DNA of 41,439 nt from Patescibacteria group bacterium (GTDB lineage: Bacteria; Patescibacteriota; Microgenomatia; UBA1406; HO2-37-13b): the NCBI GenBank assembly GCA_035290045.1, contig DATDVH010000037.1, forward strand, positions 1 through 41,439, in the 5' to 3' direction. Both the position numbers and the translations under genes were made by a program. The notes beneath the pieces were generated by a model that saw nothing but the letters and a program-made list of their open reading frames with translations, had not been told where the DNA came from and made no database searches. Positions 35,035-41,439 of this stretch are shown piece by piece. How positions within the stretch are numbered: position 1 is the stretch's first letter; every line of letters starts with the position of its first letter.

Positions 35035-37116
35035 ATGCTCAATCTTTTTCAACAAAAACAACGTTCTGCAAAAAAAGAATGCTGTCTCGCTCTTATTCTT
35101 AAAGAAAATGAAGGATGCGTGATGGCTCTTATGATTGATACAATACATCAGTCTGTGGACAAAATTGATGAAAAGGATGTTAGTTTCCCCCAATCATGGG
35201 ATTTGATCCCCGAACATATTGATGATGCGCTTTTTCAATTGGAGCATGACAACAATTGTGTTATAAAAGAGGTGATTTTTTTTCTCTATGCGCACATTGT
35301 AGATCAAAAAAATAAAAAAATAAAAACTGTTTATTTTCAACAGATCAGAAATATTATCAAAACTCTTGATCTTGAGCCTCTTGGATATATAGATTATCAA
35401 GAAGCAATTTCTATATATTTTTCAGAAAAAGAACACAGAGCGTTCACCGCAATGATTGTAGAAATAGATATTCATGTGGTATCGGTATTCGTATATCAAA
35501 ATAGTGCGTTAGTTTTTTCTGAATCATTAAAAAGAGGAGACATTATTACTGCTGATATAGAGAAGCTTTTTATCTTAGCTCATGGGATTGCGTTATTGCC
35601 TTCGCGTATTTTAATATATGATTCATGTATTCTTGAAGGTGAGGTTGACACTGTTGTTACACATCAATGGAGTGAAAATCTTTTTGTACAAATACCTCAA
35701 TTTGAGATAGTATCAGAACATCAATTATTGACTGCTTTATTTTTCGCTTTTACCGAACAGCTTTTTGAAAAAAAGAAAGAAAAGAAAGTGAGTAAGGAGG
35801 CACCTGCTCAAGTGCTTGGATTTAGCATAGGAAAGGAAAATCAGGAACAGGATTTTTTCAAAGAATCTCACAAGGAAGAACAGAGAGAAAAGAGTCAAAA
35901 AAAAAATATATTTCTATTTATCTCACATGGAACTAAAATGCTTATGAATATAATCAATATACTACGTTTGAGACATCGGTTTATTGTTTTTTTACCTCTC
36001 TTAATAGGAGTGATAGTCATAGCATTGAGCGCTATTTTATATTTCTTTCATAAAGCGGAAGTCATCATAGAAGTCCAAAGTAAGTTAATTGAAAAACAGT
36101 TAAATATAGATGGTGGTATAGGAGAACAGCTCAAAAAAAATAGTCTTAAAGTCAAAACAAGTGAACATACGGTAGAAAAGAATCAATCAATCAATACAAC
36201 AGGAAAAATAACAATTGGAGAAAAATCTCGTGGAGAAGTAACTATTTATAACTTATTGGAGGCAGAGAAAATATTTAAAAAAGGCACTCTTTTTATTTCA
36301 GATAAAAATATTCAGTTTTTTCTTGAGGATGATATTAAGCTTGCTTCTGCTTCAACTACTTTCACCGCAGATGGAAATAAATTGACAGTGACTGGTAAAA
36401 GTAAATCATCACTTACTGCAGCGGCAATAGGAACAGAGGGAAACATAGATAAAGATCAGAAGTTGAGAATTGAAGATTTGCCCATCTCAAGTTATTTTGC
36501 GTCTCCTCTCAATTCGTTTGCCGGCGGAAGTAAGAAAGATGTACAAACAGTCTCAAAGGATGATCTGGAAAAATTGAAAGACACTGTATTATCGCATATG
36601 GTAGAGGAAAAGGAAGTATTAAAGAAAGACACGAACAATTCTGAAAGGATAATTGATCAGTTAACCTCTGTAAAGATTGTGAATGAGACATACTCAAAGG
36701 AATTAGGAGAAGAATCAAAAAATGTATCTTTGAATGCAAAGGGTTTAGTGCTTTTTTATAGTTATAGCGTAGATGATATGAAAGGTATAATTACAGATTT
36801 TTCAACTGATTTTATTCCGAAAGGCTATCATGTCCCTCCAGATAATATTGATTATGTGATATCGGACGCTCGTATAGATGATGCAAAAAATATTATTCTT
36901 TCTCTTGATGTCAAAGAGCGTACTGTGATGCAAATAGAAGAAGATAAAATCACTCAAGAAATTAAGGGAAGAGATATTGACACGCTTTCAAAAATACTCA
37001 AAGAGAAATATAAAATACAAAAGAATATAGTGAAGGTACAATCACCGTTGCCTTTCCTCACATCTCGTCTTCCTTTTTTTACTAAAAATATTACGCTCAC
37101 TATACAATCACAATAA
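35035..37116 (+). CDS. Bitopic 693-aa protein with a cytoplasmic domain that has an FtsA/PilM-like (actin-fold) flavour, one TM helix and a ~350-aa extracytoplasmic beta-rich domain
   Basis: The central TM helix is FIVFLPLLIGVIVIALSAILYFF. The N-terminal pattern LGYIDYQEAISIY ... AMIVEIDIHVVSVFVYQNSALVFSESLKRGD resembles the FtsA/PilM phosphate-2/adenosine region. The domain call is tentative. Confidence 0.4.
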   Translation: MLNLFQQKQRSAKKECCLALILKENEGCVMALMIDTIHQSVDKIDEKDVSFPQSWDLIPEHIDDALFQLEHDNNCVIKEVIFFLYAHIVDQKNKKIKTVYFQQIRNIIKTLDLEPLGYIDYQEAISIYFSEKEHRAFTAMIVEIDIHVVSVFVYQNSALVFSESLKRGDIITADIEKLFILAHGIALLPSRILIYDSCILEGEVDTVVTHQWSENLFVQIPQFEIVSEHQLLTALFFAFTEQLFEKKKEKKVSKEAPAQVLGFSIGKENQEQDFFKESHKEEQREKSQKKNIFLFISHGTKMLMNIINILRLRHRFIVFLPLLIGVIVIALSAILYFFHKAEVIIEVQSKLIEKQLNIDGGIGEQLKKNSLKVKTSEHTVEKNQSINTTGKITIGEKSRGEVTIYNLLEAEKIFKKGTLFISDKNIQFFLEDDIKLASASTTFTADGNKLTVTGKSKSSLTAAAIGTEGNIDKDQKLRIEDLPISSYFASPLNSFAGGSKKDVQTVSKDDLEKLKDTVLSHMVEEKEVLKKDTNNSERIIDQLTSVKIVNETYSKELGEESKNVSLNAKGLVLFYSYSVDDMKGIITDFSTDFIPKGYHVPPDNIDYVISDARIDDAKNIILSLDVKERTVMQIEEDKITQEIKGRDIDTLSKILKEKYKIQKNIVKVQSPLPFLTSRLPFFTKNITLTIQSQ

Positions 37117-37120
37117 TAGT

Positions 37121-37858
37121 ATGGTTCTTTATCGGTATACCAAAGATAAACCAAAAAAGAATAAAAAGCCAATTATAAGCTTTATTTCCTATTTTCTTTT
37201 GACAGTTGGAGCCATTTTTTTATTTTGGTCTTTTTATCCTGTAATCGCATTTACCATATATGCACAGGTTTTTATTAATAACAAGATAATGAGTCCCATC
37301 CCCTCTACTGAAATTGCGTCGTCAATAAAAGAAGCTCGTACGGTTCTCGGAGATTATTCGGCACTTTCCACAAATCTATCAGACTATACGAAAGCTGGAG
37401 TGTGGTTTCCTTCCAAACCTCAAGAATCAACTGTTCATATAGAATTGAAAGAATATGTACTTTCAATCCCTAAACTAAATATTAAAGATGCTCAAGTTGT
37501 TGTAGGCGGAGAAGATCTTGTTAAAAGCTTGATCCATTATCTTCCTCAATCATATCCGGGTGAGTATGGAAATATTGCTATTTTTGGACACTCAACTCTT
37601 CCGCAACTTTATAATCCTTCAAACTATAAAACTATATTTACCTATCTTCCTTCTTTGGTGAAAGGGGATAGTATCTATCTAACAGTAAAAAATATTCAAT
37701 ATGAATATAAAGTCTATGATATGTTTGTGGTTAAACCAAGCGATATATCAGTACTTGATCAGTCAAATGATGATGTATATTTAACTCTTATCACCTGTGT
37801 ACCGCCGGGAACATATTGGAATCGATTAGTGGTAAGGGCAAAATTAAATACATTATGA
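37121..37858 (+). CDS. Sortase (cysteine transpeptidase)
   Basis: N-terminal TM anchor, catalytic His in IAIFGHSTL, TLxTC motif LTLITCVPPG, and Arg in NRLVVRA. Confidence 0.85.
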   Translation: MVLYRYTKDKPKKNKKPIISFISYFLLTVGAIFLFWSFYPVIAFTIYAQVFINNKIMSPIPSTEIASSIKEARTVLGDYSALSTNLSDYTKAGVWFPSKPQESTVHIELKEYVLSIPKLNIKDAQVVVGGEDLVKSLIHYLPQSYPGEYGNIAIFGHSTLPQLYNPSNYKTIFTYLPSLVKGDSIYLTVKNIQYEYKVYDMFVVKPSDISVLDQSNDDVYLTLITCVPPGTYWNRLVVRAKLNTL

Positions 37859-37901
37859 ATGTGTTGATAAACGTTAGTGTGATACAATTTTGTCCGCATC
37901 A

Positions 37902-40058
37902 ATGTATCATCATACCAAAAAAAGGCACAGAATAAACTATTTTTATGTACGATTGTTAGTTTTTCGGATCGTGTTTTTTTTTCTTTCATTTGTATCATTA
38001 CTTGGTCAAATCATAGAGATAATTTTCTTCCGCCCGCTTATTTTTTCCTATATCATAGTGCGTCGTCAAAGTAAAATAATCGGAGGTTTTACTTATTTTT
38101 TAATTGGTGTATTATGCACTATGATAGGATTGATTATTTTTCAAACATACACGTTGGTGCTTTCATTACCTACTCCTCTTCAAATCGGTCAAGTGAATTA
38201 TGCTGTCTCAACAAAAATATTTGATCGTAATGGAATACTTTTATATGAAATTTATCATGATCAAAATCGTACACCTATCAAACTAGAAAATATGCCAAAA
38301 TACGTGGCATGGGCGACAGTGGCGATAGAAGACAAAAATTTCTATCAGCATAATGGAATATCTTTATTTGGAGGTATTATAAGGGCTCTTAAAGAAAATG
38401 TACTCACTCATTCATTTCAAGGTGGTTCAACTATCACACAACAATTAGTAAAAACAGCATTGTTGACTCCTCAAAAAACCTTGAAACGTAAAATAAAAGA
38501 AATAATTCTTGCGCTGTGGACAGAACGCATTTTCAGTAAAAACCGAATTCTTGAAATGTATTTGAATCAAGTACCGTATGGAGGACTTGCTTATGGTATT
38601 GAGGAAGCGTCACATACTTATTTTGGGAAATCAGTCAGTCAGTTGACTTTGGGCGAGGTAGCATTTCTTGCGGGTTTACCACAAGCTCCTAGTTTATACT
38701 CGCCATACAATAATCCAGTGCGTGCTCAAGAACGTCGTGATGAAGTATTGAAGAAGCTTTATGAACAAAAGTATATCTCTGAATATGAATATACGAATAC
38801 TCGCGCAACTCCTCTCATTGTTCAATTACCTAAAAACCCTATAAAAGCGCCTCATTTTGTGTTTTATGTAAAATCGTTGCTTGAAAATGAATATGGTATT
38901 CGTCAAGTAGAGGAAGGTGGACTCCTTGTGTATACCTCGCTTGATATGAATATACAAAATCAAGCTGAACATATAATAAAGGAAGAGTTAAAATCAATTG
39001 AACGGCTTCATGTGGGAAATGGTGCCGCGATGGTTACCATACCTTCAACAGGGGAAATTATAGCGATGGTGGGCGGAAGAGATTATTTTACTTCTTCTTC
39101 AGGAGCATTTAATGTAACGATTGCGTCTCGTCAGCCTGGATCAATGATAAAACCGATCATGTATTCTCTTGCGCTTTCACAAGGATTTACAGCGGCGAGC
39201 ATACTTGACGATAGTCCTATTTCTTTTCCTCAAATGAATGGCACATACTATTCCCCTACTAATTACGACAATCGTTTTCACGGGAAAATCCCCCTGAGGT
39301 TTGCGCTTGCTAATTCATATAATGTTCCTGCTGTTAAGGTATTGAATAATCTGGGAGTTTCTTCTTTTATTAGTCAAGCACAACGTATGGGTATAACGAC
39401 ATGGACTAATCCCGAACGATATGGATTGGCGTTGACTTTAGGGGGAGGAGAAGTAAAAATGATTGACGTTGCTACTGCTTTTTCTGCATTTGCGAACGCT
39501 GGAGAAAAAGTAGAAGTTGATCCATTTCTCAAAATAGAAAATTATCGGGGCGAAAAATTCTATAAGAGAAGTAAAATAAAAAAAGATTTGGTTATGGATC
39601 CAGGAATAGCATTTATCATATCAGATATTTTATCTGATAGTTTTGCGCGACAATGGGCATTTGGTTTACACTCATCCCTTGAATTGCCAGGATATAAGGT
39701 AGCAGTGAAAACAGGGACTACTGATAACAAACGTGATAATTGGACGGTTGGATATACTCCAGATATTTTAGTAGCAACATGGGTAGGGAATAATGATAAT
39801 TCTTCAATGAATCAATATGTGACATCTGGTATTACTGGTGCGGCACCTTTATGGAATAAGATAATGAAGTATATTCTTAATAATGGTTTGGATGTTCGCT
39901 TAAGTCCAACGAAAAAAGTACATACATTTACACAACCTGATAACGTCGTCCAAAAGAAGTGTTATTTTGGAAGAGTAGAGTATTTTCTCAAAGGGACAGA
40001 GAGTGGATTAGACTGTAGGCTGTATACAGCGACTTCTACTCCGAAACTATCACATTGA
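37902..40058 (+). CDS. Class A penicillin-binding protein (bifunctional GT51 transglycosylase / transpeptidase, PBP1A type)
   Basis: GT51 motifs are EDKNFYQHNGI, GGSTITQQLVK and RKIKEIILAL. Transpeptidase motifs are SMIK (SxxK), SYN (SxN) and KTGTT. I preferred the ATG at 37902 over the TTG at 37890. Confidence 0.92.
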   Translation: MYHHTKKRHRINYFYVRLLVFRIVFFFLSFVSLLGQIIEIIFFRPLIFSYIIVRRQSKIIGGFTYFLIGVLCTMIGLIIFQTYTLVLSLPTPLQIGQVNYAVSTKIFDRNGILLYEIYHDQNRTPIKLENMPKYVAWATVAIEDKNFYQHNGISLFGGIIRALKENVLTHSFQGGSTITQQLVKTALLTPQKTLKRKIKEIILALWTERIFSKNRILEMYLNQVPYGGLAYGIEEASHTYFGKSVSQLTLGEVAFLAGLPQAPSLYSPYNNPVRAQERRDEVLKKLYEQKYISEYEYTNTRATPLIVQLPKNPIKAPHFVFYVKSLLENEYGIRQVEEGGLLVYTSLDMNIQNQAEHIIKEELKSIERLHVGNGAAMVTIPSTGEIIAMVGGRDYFTSSSGAFNVTIASRQPGSMIKPIMYSLALSQGFTAASILDDSPISFPQMNGTYYSPTNYDNRFHGKIPLRFALANSYNVPAVKVLNNLGVSSFISQAQRMGITTWTNPERYGLALTLGGGEVKMIDVATAFSAFANAGEKVEVDPFLKIENYRGEKFYKRSKIKKDLVMDPGIAFIISDILSDSFARQWAFGLHSSLELPGYKVAVKTGTTDNKRDNWTVGYTPDILVATWVGNNDNSSMNQYVTSGITGAAPLWNKIMKYILNNGLDVRLSPTKKVHTFTQPDNVVQKKCYFGRVEYFLKGTESGLDCRLYTATSTPKLSH

Positions 40059-40105
40059 TTATTCAAAAAATAACGCGCTATTTCGTCGGTTTGCCACGAG
40101 ATTTT

Positions 40106-40840
40106 TTATTGCGTAGTAGATTGTTTAATTGTTTCAAAATACGATTGAGGAATTACTAATATACGCAATGCAGATGCACGCATATCTTTTTTGTTTGCTA
40201 TTTTTTTAATAGCAAAATGAATGGTGTCTTCAGGCTTCAGTTTTGAAAAACCAATAGGACTGATAGCAAGAGTCTCGGCATTCATTTGTAATTGTTTCGT
40301 ATATTGTTCAACATCAAGAGTATAGACATCCTTTTCTGAAGTAATGATCGTGATGGTAAAATCTTTTTTATCCACATCAGTAATTTTCCCTGATTTAACT
40401 TGGTAATCCTGAGTTTTATAGAGGGCATTTGCGTTAATAGTATTATCAATAAATGGTCCAGACACGATAATAAAATCATCTTTGGCAATTTCGCTCTCTT
40501 GTATTGTTTTTTTACTTCCAGTGAGGAGTGAATAAAATTGAGTAATACTTGCATCAATAATTACTTTTACATCAATAGAAGAAGTGATATCAATTTTTTT
40601 CAATTCTATGATTTCACCCTCTTTTTTAGTAATATACCCTGTAATAATTTTTTTGTTATTTTTTGTTAATTCTTCCACTTTTTGAGCTATTTTGTCTTTC
40701 AGGTTTTTAATTGAGTCATCAACTTCTATAGTTGGTTCGTTTGTTGCGTTCTGTTCATCTGCCGCACGAATACGAGATGCTGTAGATGAGATAAATAAGG
40801 ATATGATCATGATTGTTAAGATGCTATATTTTTTTATCAT
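40106..40840 (-). CDS. Secreted hypothetical protein (signal peptide, beta-rich)
   Basis: The N-terminus MIKKYSILTIMIISLFISSTASRIRAA is signal-peptide-like. Its start forms an ATGA overlap with the stop of the upstream gene. Confidence 0.65.
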   Translation of the reverse strand: MIKKYSILTIMIISLFISSTASRIRAADEQNATNEPTIEVDDSIKNLKDKIAQKVEELTKNNKKIITGYITKKEGEIIELKKIDITSSIDVKVIIDASITQFYSLLTGSKKTIQESEIAKDDFIIVSGPFIDNTINANALYKTQDYQVKSGKITDVDKKDFTITIITSEKDVYTLDVEQYTKQLQMNAETLAISPIGFSKLKPEDTIHFAIKKIANKKDMRASALRILVIPQSYFETIKQSTTQ

Positions 40841-41262
40841 TTTTCGCTTTCAAGAAAGTACACGTATACTGTCTTTTCAAGTGTATCGCTTCCAATATGC
40901 GATGAAATTTTAATGTTATTTTGTCCTAAGGAAAGAGGGAAATCAATAGTAAATTGCTGGTTTGTGTTTTTCATAACTTTTTCATCAAAAGGAGATTGTA
41001 TGACGATAAGCGCACCTATTTCTGTTTTCCCAGTTATTTGTATTGTCTTTTGATCAGTTATCATATCATTTTCAGGACTTTCAATGGTGAGAGAAAGTTT
41101 TTTTTCAACTTTTAGTGGCACGGTTACTTGCGGTGTAACATCTGTGGAAATTACTTTTTTATATTCAACGTTTTTTTCTTTTATACTTGCAATTGCTATA
41201 AAAGCAACAATCACTCCCATGATAATTCCGATTATAGTTGTGATCACGGTCTCTCTTTTCAT
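40837..41262 (-). CDS. Membrane-anchored protein with an Ig-like (Big-type) extracytoplasmic domain
   Basis: Has TM helix ITTIIGIIMGVIVAFIAIA followed by LTIESPENDMITDQKTIQITGKTEIGALIVI...FTIDFPLSLGQNNIKI, a Big-like strand pattern. I preferred the ATG at 41262 over the TTG at 41298. Confidence 0.6.
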   Translation of the reverse strand: MKRETVITTIIGIIMGVIVAFIAIASIKEKNVEYKKVISTDVTPQVTVPLKVEKKLSLTIESPENDMITDQKTIQITGKTEIGALIVIQSPFDEKVMKNTNQQFTIDFPLSLGQNNIKISSHIGSDTLEKTVYVYFLESEK

Positions 41263-41306
41263 ACGATATAGTGTAATAAATAAAGTCTCAAAAGTCAAAA
41301 GGATGT

Positions 41307-41439
41307 TCAGGACCTATACATACGATACAGTTGATGAGTTTGTTTTTCAACTTGTAATATAACATATTCAGCAGGTGTTTTATACCCTAACGCCTGATGA
41401 AATCTGCGTTGATTGTATTTGGTGTTAAACGCCATACAT
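41307..41439 (-). mobile_element. 3' end of a DDE (rve/integrase-core) transposase gene, IS3/IS481-like, truncated by the window edge
   Basis: The minus-strand frame reads C-MAFNTKYNQRRFHQALGYKTPAEYVILQVEKQTHQLYRMYRS-stop. YNxxRxHxxLGYxTPxEY is the classic C-terminal signature of rve-domain transposases. It is absent from the ORF track because it is short and open at the window edge. Confidence 0.7.

Noticed and set aside
40061-40107. A possible terminator lies between the convergent PBP1A and 244-aa genes (AAATA-ACGCGC-TATTT, and TTCGT...ACGAG followed by ATTTTTT).
   Set aside because: The stems are only 4-5 bp, and are either AT-rich or contain a wobble pair. That is too weak to call by eye.
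1-41439. I considered CRISPR arrays, rRNA genes, prophage structural genes, and alternative genetic code 25 (UGA = Gly, as in some CPR lineages).
   Set aside because: - I saw no regularly spaced direct repeats and no rRNA-like conserved stretches.
- I saw no capsid, terminase or portal-like ORFs.
- TGA clearly terminates well-conserved genes at their expected ends (e.g. 1842-1844, 15931-15933, 40056-40058), and conserved proteins are full length under code 11.

Overview
This is a densely packed, low-GC bacterial chromosome segment that uses the standard genetic code (TGA is a stop, e.g. 1842-1844). I count about 40 protein genes, one tRNA-Pro(UGG), and the 3' end of a DDE transposase at the right edge. 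I found no rRNA and no CRISPR array. Gene content and the small gene sizes (198-aa SufD, 180-aa RecO, two-subunit OFOR, DUF4012, sortase plus FemAB plus PBP1A) suggest an ultra-small Patescibacteria/CPR-like organism, but that is inference only.

Layout, left to right:
1. Envelope sugar genes: UXS-like (5' partial), polyprenyl-P-mannose synthase fused to GtrA, FemAB.
2. UvrD-type helicase fused to a Cas4/AddB-like Fe-S nuclease, a CPBP protease, sufC-B-D-S, trpS, an AstE/AspA-family deacylase and a GNAT.
3. tRNA-Pro.
4. Glycan cluster: initiating sugar transferase, DUF4012, RecO, ManC, two GT4, one GT2, one GT-C.
5. DsbA-like protein, a 4x winged-helix protein, Lon.
6. Two-subunit 2-oxoacid:ferredoxin oxidoreductase, then an AT-rich NYN-nuclease plus unknown-394-aa cassette, then a Zn-ribbon miniprotein, ferredoxin and SufU.
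7. VanW, a TM-anchored solute-binding protein, a 693-aa bitopic protein, sortase, PBP1A and two coupled secreted proteins.
8. IS transposase tail.

The most interesting signals, all read directly from the DNA:
- A candidate ribosome-mediated attenuator upstream of the GNAT-deacylase(-trpS) string, built from a leaderless 28-codon ORF, an exactly duplicated 11-mer and a terminator that hides the Shine-Dalgarno site.
- An orphan consensus promoter, GNRA hairpin and intrinsic terminator with no ORF, which looks like a ~52-nt sRNA, located next to the NYN cassette.
- The NYN plus unknown-protein cassette itself.
- A CIRCE-like 9-N9-9 palindrome across a consensus lon promoter.
- Several consensus promoters whose -10 box sits only 6-11 nt from the ATG, implying leaderless mRNAs.

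All family calls rest on motif recognition by eye. No database search or folding program was run.
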